DNA of 64,000 nt from Myxococcota bacterium (GTDB taxonomy: Bacteria; Myxococcota_A; SURF-8). The position numbers and the translations under genes were made by a program. Below, piece after piece: positions 1-11,061 of the stretch. Each line of letters starts with the position of its first letter. Within the stretch, counting starts at the first letter, position 1. The stretch lies in contig OZ223209.1 in NCBI GenBank assembly GCA_965140415.1, positions 5,376,001-5,440,000 on the forward strand, written 5' to 3'. The notes beneath the pieces were generated by a model, which saw nothing but the letters and a program-made list of their open reading frames with translations, made no database searches and was not told the origin of the DNA.

Positions 1-3000
1 CTACAAGTGTGGAAAGTTCAAATTTCGTTGGCAGTCTCCAATCTGTATAGCCTGCATAGTCGAGATCCTCACATCCCTGAAGTGCTTGTTTCCATGATCC
101 TGTCAGACTTTGCCTATGCCACGTCAAATCGGTTACTTTGTCCAAAGTTATCAGATCCCCATCGACATCTGTATGAACGAACCTGTCGCCGCTCGCGTTT
201 GTTGCCACATGCCGGGTTCTCACAGCGCAACGAACTAAGCCTATTCCATTAGCTTTGCTACTAACTCCAGAATCAAAGTTAACCTGCCAAAAGCTATTTT
301 CCGTCCCAGATGCATCCACGGTCGCTGTTTGATAATCGGAAGATTCTGTACCCGGGAAAAGTGAAGAATCAAATGCTTGACTGTTTTTTGCATCTGTTAT
401 AGATAACAATTCATGAACCGTTGGCAACGCCCAATCTTGATATCCGCCGTAATCCAGTCCATTACAATAATCGACGGCTTCATCCGTTTCGCATCTTGAC
501 CCACAAGTTGGACATCCGCCACTGCATCCGCTGTATATATCGGGTGTCCATCTCTGCCAAATCAAACCAGTCAATGTGTCGTATACCATTTCGCCCTCAC
601 TGGCAGTGATTCGATCCGTACAGTCGAAGTCGCCATTTGTATCAAAACAACGGAAATAGCGTGCACGATCTGGATATTGTGCATCCTGTCCATAATAATC
701 CTCACCCTCAGCCGGACAGGAGATAGATGTTACATTATCGTAACACGCCGTCTGTCCAGTCGGCGGCACGGGCCAGCATTGGTTGGTGTCGCAAAAGCCT
801 TCCGGCGGCAGGAAGCAATTCGGATATTCGCCCAAGGCCCCCTCCGCGCACAGATTACACCAATACCCATCGAACTCCGGGTCGCATTCGCAACTGGGGC
901 GCGTTTCACCTTCGCCGGGTTCGGTGCAGGTGCCGTGGTCGTTGCAGGGATCGGGGGCGCAGGAGGTTACGGGCAGCGTGCGGACGAGGCGGAAGCCAGC
1001 TCCGTTGCTGTGATTACCGGGTGCATAGTTCAAACGTCCTGCGGATCGGCAGATTAAGGCTCCATTACTGAAGTAGCAATTTCTTGCTGCGCGATCCGAA
1101 CCAGGAGCGGACGGACCAGCAGGATCAGTGCCCACATCACTTTCATAGGCGGTTTGATAGTAATCCCACACCCACTTCATGAGATTCCCACTCATGTCGT
1201 ATAAGCTCCAAGCATTCGCTTCCAACTCACCAACCGGATGTGTGCTAATACCTGAATTCTCCGAATACCAACCAATCTGGTTCAAGTTTGGATCTTCACC
1301 AGTCGGACTCGTAATCGTCCCATCATTCTCCTCACTCGGATAGAACGCCGTGTTGCTTCCGGCGCGGGCGGCGTACTCCCATTCGGCTTCGGTAGGTAGG
1401 CGGTAGCCATCGCAGTCCTGGGGTTTGTCCGCGTTGTTCAAGGCGACGGTCGCCGTGTCGATGCCTCCTCGGGTGGTGTTCATGCAGGTCATCGCATTGG
1501 TTCCGGCACTGGCGCCATCCTCGCATTGGATGTCTGTCAAAAGGTAACAGGGTGAAAGTCCGGCTTCGGAGCTCTTTGCATTGGCGTAGGCCAAAGCGTC
1601 GTACCAGGAAACGTTTTCCACCGGACAGTTCGAGCCACAATCTGCACCCGCGCCTTCTGGCCCAAAGTATGACGGATTCCAGCTAATCAGGCTCTCGAAC
1701 CTGTATTGCGTCGTCTCATACCGGCTCATTTCGAAGGGATAGGTCAATTCGACGAAGTGCAGGGTTTCGTCATCGTCTCGCCCCAATTCCGCCGAGCAAT
1801 CACCAGGATAGCCATCCGGGCCGGGGCAACCATCCGGACTGCCCATCCAGAAAGAACCCGCCGGGATCGACACGAAGTTTTCAGTGATGCAATTTCCACT
1901 CGCTTCTTCGCAGGTGTCATTACCGGAACATGAACAACTATAACAACCCGATGGTGAATCCCCGCAACGCCTCGGCTCGCAGTCATTGGGAATCGGTTCG
2001 GCGATGCACGCGCCCGAACCATCGCAGAAATCTTCTGTACATGGATCGGAGTCGTATTCGCAACTTTCGCCATTCTCGATATGATTCTCCAAACATACAC
2101 CCGAACCATTACAGGTGTCCTGATTCGAGCAAGCACTGGGACCACTCCCGCAGGTCATCCCTTCCGGGTCGAAGCAGGACTCGGCGTCCTCCTGGCAGGT
2201 GTTGCACTCGGTTTCCGGGCAGGGATTGCCATCGCTGATGCATTCGCCCGCCCCGTTGCAGGCATCGTCGCCGTTGCAGAAGACGCCATCGTCGCAGTCG
2301 TAGCCGGAGCCGCGCCAGGTCCAGATGTCGGTGGCGACGCCGGTGTCGCAGTAGTGGCACCGGTTGTCGGACTGCTCCTGGTTGTGCTGGTAGCAGGCAT
2401 TGTCGATCAGGCAGCGCCCCTGCTTTAAAGTATGGTTGCACTGGCCGTTGGCTGCGCAGAGATCGTCGGTGCAGGTCAGGTCATCATCGGTGCAGGTCTC
2501 GCTTTCATGCGCGGCAAGATTGTGCTTGCAGGTGCGATCCGTATCGCAGAAGGGTTCGGAGCATTCCAGGCCATCGTCGGTAAGGTCGGTGCAACCCGCA
2601 GCCGTCGTGCAATCCCTGCAAAAGCCACCGCCGTCGCATTGGTCGGTGCCGTCTCCCGTTCCTAAAACCTGGCAGGCAGTGTTGGCCGCATAGTCATTGA
2701 ACGCGCAGACGCCATTCTGACACTGCATTTCCGTGCATTCGCCATCGCGGCCATTCCAGGACATGTCGCTGCAACCATTGACGTTCACACAGTCTTTACA
2801 ATAACCACTGCCATCGCATTGATCGGAATTGTCGCCCGTGCCATCCGATTGGCAAGCGGTATTGGCTGCAAGGTTGTTGAGCGAGCAGGTGTTGTTCAGG
2901 CATTGTACATGAGCACATTCGTCGTCGTGTTCTCCCCAAGCCAGATCCGTACAACCATCGGCGTTGTAACAATCAACACAAGCACCAGCCACGCATTGAT

Positions 3001-3754
3001 CATCTGTGTTGCAAGTCGTCCCGTCCATAGCCACATGGCAGCCGTCCGGGCAGCAGGTTGAAACACCTGAACAAGCGCATTCCTGGTCCGATTCGTCATC
3101 CCCATCCACGGCTTCGTCATCGGTTTCGCCGTCGCCATCGGGAAGATCGGGGTCGTGATCGCCGTCAGGTTGGTCGGTGTCACCATCGGTGGGAGTGTCT
3201 TTATCAATATCCCCGTCGGGCGTGTCACCGTCAATCGGTGTGTCGCCGTCAGTGGGTGTGTCACCGTCGGTGGGTGTGTCGCCGTCGGTGGGTGTATCTC
3301 CATCAATGGGCGTATCACCGTCAATCGGTGTATCGCCGTCAGTGGGTGTGTCACCGTCGGTGGGTGTGTCGCCGTCCGTGAGTGTGTCACCGTCGGTGGG
3401 TGTGTCGCCGTCGGTGGGTGTATCTCCATCAATGGGCGTATCTCCATCAGGCAGGTCGCTGTCGCCATCGGGAGTATCACCGTCTATGATATCTCCATCG
3501 TTGACGTCACCGTCCGTGATATCTCCATCAGTGGGGTTATCGCCATCGCCGGATGCATCTGTGTCTCCATCCGAACTGCAGGAGGTCTGGCAAACACCAT
3601 TGCAGCAGGTCAGCCCGCTATCGCAGGTGCCGTCACCAAAACAGGGCTCCCCCTGACCGCCGTGCGTATCGAAAAAGACACCACAGCCTGAAAGCGAGGC
3701 CAACGACATCCAGAGAAACGCTGCAAATAGAATCGTACTGAATATTCTTGTCAT
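1..3754 (-). CDS. Large multidomain lipoprotein (DGD repeats, Cys-rich region, FGE-sulfatase-like domain, EGF-like, DUF1566/Lcl domains); runs off the left edge
   Basis: Absent from the ORF track, consistent with no stop in the window. Hand translation from ATG 3754 gives MTRIFSTILFAAFLWMSLASLSGC (lipobox). Segments checked in the same frame: FVSIPAGSFWMGS...DMSGNLMKWVWD...GFRLVRT (FGE-like) and YAGYTDWRLPTKFELSTLV (DUF1566) at the edge. Confidence 0.85.
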   Translation of the reverse strand, partial: MTRIFSTILFAAFLWMSLASLSGCGVFFDTHGGQGEPCFGDGTCDSGLTCCNGVCQTSCSSDGDTDASGDGDNPTDGDITDGDVNDGDIIDGDTPDGDSDLPDGDTPIDGDTPTDGDTPTDGDTLTDGDTPTDGDTPTDGDTPIDGDTPIDGDTPTDGDTPTDGDTPTDGDTPIDGDTPDGDIDKDTPTDGDTDQPDGDHDPDLPDGDGETDDEAVDGDDESDQECACSGVSTCCPDGCHVAMDGTTCNTDDQCVAGACVDCYNADGCTDLAWGEHDDECAHVQCLNNTCSLNNLAANTACQSDGTGDNSDQCDGSGYCKDCVNVNGCSDMSWNGRDGECTEMQCQNGVCAFNDYAANTACQVLGTGDGTDQCDGGGFCRDCTTAAGCTDLTDDGLECSEPFCDTDRTCKHNLAAHESETCTDDDLTCTDDLCAANGQCNHTLKQGRCLIDNACYQHNQEQSDNRCHYCDTGVATDIWTWRGSGYDCDDGVFCNGDDACNGAGECISDGNPCPETECNTCQEDAESCFDPEGMTCGSGPSACSNQDTCNGSGVCLENHIENGESCEYDSDPCTEDFCDGSGACIAEPIPNDCEPRRCGDSPSGCYSCSCSGNDTCEEASGNCITENFVSIPAGSFWMGSPDGCPGPDGYPGDCSAELGRDDDETLHFVELTYPFEMSRYETTQYRFESLISWNPSYFGPEGAGADCGSNCPVENVSWYDALAYANAKSSEAGLSPCYLLTDIQCEDGASAGTNAMTCMNTTRGGIDTATVALNNADKPQDCDGYRLPTEAEWEYAARAGSNTAFYPSEENDGTITSPTGEDPNLNQIGWYSENSGISTHPVGELEANAWSLYDMSGNLMKWVWDYYQTAYESDVGTDPAGPSAPGSDRAARNCYFSNGALICRSAGRLNYAPGNHSNGAGFRLVRTLPVTSCAPDPCNDHGTCTEPGEGETRPSCECDPEFDGYWCNLCAEGALGEYPNCFLPPEGFCDTNQCWPVPPTGQTACYDNVTSISCPAEGEDYYGQDAQYPDRARYFRCFDTNGDFDCTDRITASEGEMVYDTLTGLIWQRWTPDIYSGCSGGCPTCGSRCETDEAVDYCNGLDYGGYQDWALPTVHELLSITDAKNSQAFDSSLFPGTESSDYQTATVDASGTENSFWQVNFDSGVSSKANGIGLVRCAVRTRHVATNASGDRFVHTDVDGDLITLDKVTDLTWHRQSLTGSWKQALQGCEDLDYAGYTDWRLPTKFELSTLV
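3170..3570 (-). repeat. Coding tandem repeat, ~18-bp unit encoding DGDTP(T/I)
   Basis: Repeated gtgtc(g/a)ccgtcggtggg-like units. Confidence 0.85.
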
Positions 3755-3768
3755 CTATACCGCCCCAA

Positions 3769-4638
3769 TCACCACGAGAAGCTAACTGTTGCACCGACGT
3801 TCGTACTATCCAGCATCGGTGCGACCGACACCTGCTGTCGCTCTGCCCAGGCTTTGTCGCCTGGTGAAAGCGCCCACAGCACCACACCAGTGATCATCGC
3901 CGCGCCGCCCACTGCAAACGAGGCATACATCGCGCCTTCCCAACCCTTGCTGGCGCTGTTGGCGGATCGATCTCCGGCTTCGTAGTCGCCGCCCTTGGCG
4001 CTTGCCTGCCAGGCCGCAATGCCACCGAAGGCGGAGAGTCCCACCCCGGTAAAGAAGGTCACATAACCATATTTCTTGTAAGGATTCATCGGGTAGGCTT
4101 GTTCCACACCCGTTGTTCCGGTCTTCGAGGCAACACCGGCTGACGAGCGCGGTTCTTTTCCAAACAGTTCCGCCATCGCATCGGGTAGAACGCGAAGAAG
4201 AGCATTGATGTCGCCTTCCACGTTGCGGCTGGCACGCTTGATCACTTCGGCGTTGCGCACGTGGATTCGCTTCAAGTTCAAAAACCAGAAGTCTCCTACG
4301 CGCCCCAGGTCTCCGGCCACGGTTTCTGGAACACCAAGGGCCGCGCCGATTTCCGCCACGCAAGAGGTGTCATCAGCCCCGCATTGCTGGCGCGTTTCCT
4401 CGCCCTTCAATATGGTCTTGATATCCGATTCCGAGATCACCTTGCGGCCAGAGAGCCGCTCCGTCTCGGCGGCCACAAACCCGGAGATCGAGTCGATCTC
4501 CTGATCCGTCACACCCTGTTTCTTCTCCAGTCGCCAGACTACGATGCCCTGCGAGGCGTCTTTTGCGAACAGTGGATTCGCAAAAACACAAAGGGCCGTC
4601 AAGGCCGCCAACAACAGTATGCCGATTCGTGAAATCAT
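3769..4638 (-). CDS. Secreted or outer-membrane-associated hypothetical protein
   Basis: Signal peptide, CGADDTSC pair, two Gly-rich hydrophobic segments, ends ...TVSFSW; co-oriented with the downstream lipoprotein. Confidence 0.7.
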   Translation of the reverse strand: MISRIGILLLAALTALCVFANPLFAKDASQGIVVWRLEKKQGVTDQEIDSISGFVAAETERLSGRKVISESDIKTILKGEETRQQCGADDTSCVAEIGAALGVPETVAGDLGRVGDFWFLNLKRIHVRNAEVIKRASRNVEGDINALLRVLPDAMAELFGKEPRSSAGVASKTGTTGVEQAYPMNPYKKYGYVTFFTGVGLSAFGGIAAWQASAKGGDYEAGDRSANSASKGWEGAMYASFAVGGAAMITGVVLWALSPGDKAWAERQQVSVAPMLDSTNVGATVSFSW

Positions 4639-4762
4639 TAAGAATATCCCTTAATATGCAGCTATCCCCACAAACCTGGGACAAGTGATGTTTAAAAATG
4701 CCGAGGATGAAATATATCATTAATGTCCGATTTCGCAACAACTATCACGGACTTACCTGAAT

Positions 4763-4918
4763 GTAAAAGGAGAGGAAAGGTCCTCACCCGCGATACAATC
4801 GGAGAATCCAATCACGGAATTGCAACGTTGTTCCCACCAAAATCCAACCATTCCCCCAGCACCTCCAGCACCGACCAGGGATCCACCGCCCGGCCATCGC
4901 CTCCGAGGACGCCGTCAA
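4763..4918 (-). pseudogene. Relic of the 3' end and terminator of a JAB-gene homologue
   Basis: 4849-4918 matches 21503-21572 at 63/70 nt (VLGGDGRAVDPWSVLEVLGE); 4763-4790 resembles the terminator region at 21420-21448. Confidence 0.8.
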
Positions 4919-5113
4919 TGAAATCAACGACACAGTTGTGTGCCAGAATATGTCCTATACCTTTCCGCCTGACACAACAGTAAGCTAACCGGATAATAAA
5001 GCACAAGTATTCTCTTGATTATTCCTAACACATTGAGGTACCTTTGATGAGCTTCAACAGAGAAATATTCATCGTATGTAGTTCAATTTCTGACTCCGGA
5101 ATTGGAGGACTGA

Positions 5114-8100
5114 ATGAAACGTACAGTATCCACTGTCGTCTATTGGCTTCTTACGGGAGTCATTCTATCTGTTTTCGCGTATGGTTGCTCTGACAGCAAC
5201 AGTGGTTCTGACGGAATAATCGATGGCGATCAGGAACAGGAACTGCCGGTCACAGATGGGGATGGTTCAGAAAACGATGTTTCTTCAGTTGATGGCGATT
5301 CCGATTCTGTCCTGGATGATGTCTGTGATCCAAATCCATGCAAGGACCATAACCGGACGACTTGCCTACCTGGAGATGACGGTTCGCATTCTTGCGAATG
5401 CGACGGAGGTTTCCGAGATTACGGCGACGGTGAATGTAAATTATCCGAACCGTGCGCAACCGACGACATCTGTGAAGATCTGAACAGACATTGCACGAAT
5501 AATAACGGTGTAACAGAATGCGGAGATTGCCTTCCCGGTTTCCACGAAGAAGATGATGATTGTACCGCCGATGAGGAATGTTCCGAGACTTCATGCAACA
5601 ATCGTGGTGATTGCGACGATTCCAACGGTTGGATTGCTTGTGATTGCGAAACTGGATATGCAGGCGATTATTGTGAGAACTGTGACGAAGCGGCGAATTG
5701 GCACTGGAATGGCGTGGGAGATGCTTGCACCACCGATCCCTGCGATCCGGATCCCTGCGATGCATCGACCCATCGAGTTTGCGATCGTGGATCGCTGGGA
5801 CAATGTATCTGTGAACCCGATTATTGCGACATCAACGGCATTTGTGTTCACGATGGACTGAGCAATCCTGAGAATCTTTGCCAGAAATGCGATTCCTCTA
5901 ATAATACTAATAGCTGGAGTCCAAAACCATCCACGGTGCTTTGTAGACCCGCTGTGGGCTCCTGCGATATCCCCGACTATTGTGATGAGACGGGTGGAAT
6001 TTGCCCGGAAGACGCCATGATGCCAGACCAGGATAGCGGTATTGCCTGCGGGCTGAATGGTCGCGGCGATCTGGTGCAGGTGTGCATTGATGGATACTGG
6101 TCTATTTCTCAGCAATGCGCCGATCCGGATTATTGCATCGATGGTATCCGGCGGCTGGGTGTAACTGCTTGTGGCTTCAATGGTCGCGGCGTGCTGGAGC
6201 AGTTGTGTGAAGGCGGCTATTGGTCCAACACCGACACCTGCAACGACCCCGATGTATGCACGGATGACGACACGCGCAACATTTCCTGCGGATTGAATGG
6301 CCGAGGATCATATTCGCAGGGGTGCATCCACGGTCATTGGCGCAGCAGCGAAGCCTGCCAGGATCCAGATGTATGCCGGGACGGAACGGCACGAGCGGTC
6401 ACTTGCCAATCAGAGGGACACACCGGATCCAAACCGCAGGCCTGTGCAAACGGCTTCTGGGAGGACAATGGAGAGTGTGTGGTTACGATCGATGTGCAAG
6501 TGGTCGTTGAGGAAACAGAAGTCACGAACGGACTGGTGCATTTTACCTTTGTGGTCCAAGAGCCGGTTGTGGAAGCGGAGTTATTCCTTGACTCAGAGTC
6601 AATAGGGCAAGCCCAAAATCTGATGGGTCGGTTCACGCTTCCGACGAACCATCTTGCCGATGGATCACACTCAATCCAGATATGGGTGCGATCGGCGGAT
6701 GGACGCGAAGGAGAAGGCGAATCGTTATTTATCGTTGACAATCCGTCCGTATCCATTACAGCCTTCGAAGCGCCGGAAACCGTCTATCCCGGCTACCAAG
6801 TGGACATCGAAGTCAAAGCCGAGGGAGCAGTTACAGATATCGAACCGGATTTCTCGGAGATGATCGATGGTTTCCAACAGGGTACCGTTTCATTCGCAAC
6901 GCTGGGTGGAGGGTGGTATCGTGCGCGTTATACCCTGCCTTCGGTCATCGATGCCGATGAGGCCTGGTATGCAATCCCCGTCGATGTCGTGGGATCGGAT
7001 GGTAGCCGCATTCGACTGGAGGACATCCGCGTGTTCCTGGCTTCCGGCGAGCCGATGCTCCTCCGGCACGAATATGCTACTTACAGCCCGGAATCGCTGC
7101 CCGAGGAGCGCGATCTGTGGGCGAGCGCCGATATCGATAGTTTCCCAAGTTCCATGTCGATCATCACCGGCGGCGAGGCGGACCTTGCCGTGAGCGTTTC
7201 TGGAGTTGCGACAGGAGCGACTCTATTGCTGTCTGTCCGTGGAATGGGCGGTCATTTGGTTTATTCTCTGGATGCACTGCGAAATCTCCAACGCCGAACC
7301 CGGGCGGGGAAAGCATTCTCCCCGATGTGCCTTTGCGGCCGAAGCGGCCCGTCGAACGTCCACCCAGTACGCGCTCGGGAGAATCCTTCGTGATTCCAAT
7401 CCACTTACCCAACGGAGCGCTTCCTGACAATGCTCAAGGAACCTGGATATTGGAATACGGCATAGCCGACAGTCAGGGCCGTATCGCACATACCTACACA
7501 TCTACTTTGACCTATGCAGAAGCTCAGGCCGGGAACCTGCGGGTAAGCTTGGCGTGGGATACACCAACTGACGTGGACCTGCACGTTGTGGAACCAAGCA
7601 GTGAAGAAATCTACTACAGTCACCGGAACAGTTCAACAGGTGGTTACTTGGATCTCGATTCCAACCCTGCTTGTAATCTCGACAACGTCAACCAGGAAAA
7701 CGTTTTCTGGGAATTGCCTCCCTCGGGTGAATACATCGTCCGGGTGGATTATTGGAGCGCCTGCGGCAGCTACCCGGCGAATTACAGGGTGACGGTTACC
7801 GGGTGCGGAGTCGAGGAAGTTCGGACCAGGCGTTTCGAAAGTTACCAGGCCGATGGCGGCGGAGCGGGTTCCGGCACGGAAGTTCTCAGATTTACGGCCA
7901 ATTGCGGAGGATACAAGGTTAGTGGAAAGGCGGAGTATAATGGATATTCCGTTACAGGCATGGAACGTACATTCGATCTTGAAGGGGTTCCTATCAGAGT
8001 TGTATCGTCGAACGGTATCCAACTCAATCAACACGATGCCGTCGTTGGCCCAAATGGCAATTATTCAATTCCATTTGACTGGCCAGTTTCGGGCGCGACA

Positions 8101-9063
8101 TCACCAGTCCATTTAGAAGTTTATGCAGATTCGGATTGGGTAAGAGTAGAAAAGCAAGATCACTCTCTACAGCGTTACACTTCTTCAGAATGGGATCCTG
8201 CAAGTATACGGGACAAGATCTTAACTTTTACAGTTCCAGTTAATTCGAAATCTGGTGCTTTCCATATTTTCAAGAAAGCTAAATCTGGCCACGACTGGTA
8301 TCGCGCAAAGGGACGGATTCTAACCGAGAAATCCATATTCGTTTGGGATTCAGGGATAGTTTCACCGTTCTGCGAAGGAAATAGCTGTTACTGGGGTAGA
8401 ACCAATAGAATATACATCGGCGGAGATCTCAGAAACCCCGATGAATTCGATGATTCAGTCATACTGCACGAACTCGGTCATCGCGCTGTTGATGTATTGG
8501 AAGTAAAGGATGATAATCCAGGTGAAGAACATGTAATCAGCGCCCGCTCGGACCCTTGCCTTGCATGGAATGAGGGATTGGTTACATTTCTCGCGCAACT
8601 CATCCTTGACAATAGAAACTGGGTGAACAGGAATAGCTGTCGAGAAACGGAAAACGGTTATAGCTGTGGCTTTTTTGTCTTTCCGATCGATCGCATCCAT
8701 TCGATCCCAGAAGGATTAGGGACGGATCCCGAATTTACGGCAGCGGGGCTTATTTCAGAAGCTTTGGTCACGGCTGCACTGTGGGACCTCCACGATCCTA
8801 CCGAAGAGAACGGACCAGATAGGTTTTCCGGATTGGAAAACGTCGTTCTTCAGGTCGTTTTCGATCACCTTAACCTGGACGCTGAGAATGCAGGTAATTT
8901 CGATTGGGGAGTGGGTGAGAAAGCCGACTTCGCCGATTTCGTCGGTCTGTTCGGATGTTCGCTGACGGGCGACGCTTTCGGCAATTTCCGAGACCTGTTG
9001 AACGAACGATACCAGTTAGATTGGCTGACACTTCCGTCTTTCTGTGGAGAGGATGAAGAATAA
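5114..9063 (+). pseudogene. Cys-rich EGF-like/Ig-like/YfaP(DUF2135)-like/HExxH metallopeptidase lipoprotein, split by an apparent frameshift (ORFs 5114-7393 and 7327-9063)
   Basis: Lipobox FAYGC. Downstream ORF has LRVSLAWDTPTDVDLHVVEP and VILHELGH...AWNEG. One extra G in the G4 run at 7306-7309 would join the frames. Confidence 0.65.
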
Positions 9064-9140
9064 GTGGACCATGAATAACGGATACCTATTGACAGAATAG
9101 AAATTCAAATGATAGTGTCGCTACATCCTTCGTCATAGAT

Positions 9141-11012
9141 TTGCAGAACAATTGGACCAGTACAGAAACGGGGCGTTCATTGCAATTGTTATACAGACTT
9201 GTATGTGTGTTATCGGCTCTCGTGCTTACCGCTACCTTGGTGGCTTGTTCGAATGAAGCTCAAGAACAGGTAGGTGGCGAAGCGCCGGAAAAGGTAGAAC
9301 TCGGCCGCCTTGAACTGGCTTCCACGAACCTAGCTACTAGCCGCACGGCGCACACTGCGACGCTGCTTACCGATGGCCGGGTCCTGGTGGTCGGTGGATC
9401 GACGGATGCGCGTGCAGAATTGTTGGATCAGAATGGTGCGAATCCTCAGTTTACCGGAGCGCTTGCTACGAACAGACTCAACCACGCGGCGGTTATATTG
9501 CAGAATGCCAAGGTCATGGTCGTGGGCGGTCAGTCCCAGGGCGGTGGTGATTACCTGGTCTCTACCGAGCTTTTCGATCCGGCAACGGAAACCTTCTCAG
9601 CCGGACCGAGCTTGACCGTGGCTCGCAAGGCTCCGACCCTGAATCTTCTGCATAACGGTAACGTGTTGATCTGCGGTGGGCAAAGCGATTTCAGCACGTA
9701 CTTGAATACCTGCGAGATATACGACCCTACGGCAGAAACCGTTGCCGCTGTTCCGGGCAGCATGCAGCATGCCCGGGCTGGGCATACGGCGGTGTTGTTG
9801 CAGGACGGCAACGTGCTGATTTGTGGTGGGATGGAGGCGCAGAACAGTCCGGTGGCCTCCTGCGACCGGTACAACGCCGGCACGAACACCTTTACCGCCG
9901 TCCAGCCCATGTACGAGGCCAGGGCGAGCCATACGGCGACGGTACTAACTGATGGGCGGATATTGGTAGTGGGCGGTCGTTCGGCCTCATCCGCCTTGGC
10001 TTCGACCGAAGCTTACAACCCGTTTGCCAACACCTGGATAGATTCCGGTGAACTATCTCAGGCAAGATATTTGCACTCGGCGAGTTTACTGCCGGATGGA
10101 CGAGTTGTGATAGTCGGTGGATACTCTGGCTCTGTAGGGTTAGATTCTGTTGAAATCCTTGAAAGATGTGCCATCGCGAATGCTGGTCAAGATAAGACTG
10201 CAGAGCCTTTAAGCATAGTGTACCTTAATCAACAAGGTTTTTCCTACTTGGGCGAACAAAACGTTGAGTATAAGTGGGAGTGGCTTAACAAGCCGAACGA
10301 CTCTTACAGGGCAATAATTCAAGATAGTGAAAACAATTCTGTAGCAGGTCAGTGGTTAAGTGACTCAAACATTCATTTCTATTCAGAAACGCCCGGAACA
10401 TATGAGTTGAAACTAACGTTACGGGTTCTCGTAGGGGATTGTGAAGAAATCACCACTGACGAAATAGCTGTTGAGGTGGTTCCTGTTACAGATATTTATG
10501 TTCAACTTACCTGGACATCAGCAAGCAGCGACTACGATCTGCACATAATTCAGCCCGGTGGGCACTTTTCGAGAGATTGTGATGATGGTAATGATACCGA
10601 TTGTCATTATTGCAATTGCAATACATACAACGGAACAGCAACAGACTGCCCAGAAAGAGGCTGTCCCGGCCCTATCAATGCAGTTGATTGGAATGTTCTG
10701 GCTCAACGGTCAGATGATCCAATGTTGCTTATTGATGACATTCCAGGAAGGGGTCCTGAAGCGATAATAATGTCTAATGCGAATGCAGGTGATTACCTGG
10801 TAGCCGTTGAAAACTACTCAAACATAAACTACAACGATGCAGCGAAAGTAAGAATATGGATTCATGGAATTCTTAGGGCAACATTTGGTTATGGACCACC
10901 ATATACTTCAAACGGTATTGAACCCGAGACACATTGGAATGTCTGCTGGGTTCGTGTAATTGGTGCTGAAAACATAGAAATAATTCCTGATGGGACAATC
11001 GATCCTTCATAG
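9141..11012 (+). CDS. Kelch-repeat lipoprotein with C-terminal YfaP-like domain
   Basis: Lipobox LVAC; six RxxHTATLLxDGRVLVxGG-type repeats; VQLTWTSASSDYDLH...DDIPGRGPE. True start may be slightly downstream. Confidence 0.85.
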   Translation: MQNNWTSTETGRSLQLLYRLVCVLSALVLTATLVACSNEAQEQVGGEAPEKVELGRLELASTNLATSRTAHTATLLTDGRVLVVGGSTDARAELLDQNGANPQFTGALATNRLNHAAVILQNAKVMVVGGQSQGGGDYLVSTELFDPATETFSAGPSLTVARKAPTLNLLHNGNVLICGGQSDFSTYLNTCEIYDPTAETVAAVPGSMQHARAGHTAVLLQDGNVLICGGMEAQNSPVASCDRYNAGTNTFTAVQPMYEARASHTATVLTDGRILVVGGRSASSALASTEAYNPFANTWIDSGELSQARYLHSASLLPDGRVVIVGGYSGSVGLDSVEILERCAIANAGQDKTAEPLSIVYLNQQGFSYLGEQNVEYKWEWLNKPNDSYRAIIQDSENNSVAGQWLSDSNIHFYSETPGTYELKLTLRVLVGDCEEITTDEIAVEVVPVTDIYVQLTWTSASSDYDLHIIQPGGHFSRDCDDGNDTDCHYCNCNTYNGTATDCPERGCPGPINAVDWNVLAQRSDDPMLLIDDIPGRGPEAIIMSNANAGDYLVAVENYSNINYNDAAKVRIWIHGILRATFGYGPPYTSNGIEPETHWNVCWVRVIGAENIEIIPDGTIDPS

Positions 11013-11061
11013 CATTTGAATGGCCGATGTTTTAAGGCGTTAATCCAGAAAGAGGATTCTC

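Noticed and set aside
3155-3691. SPS/VAV-repeat ORFs here and at 16590-16973 and 41236-41883
   Set aside because: Antisense shadows of DGD-repeat coding sequence.
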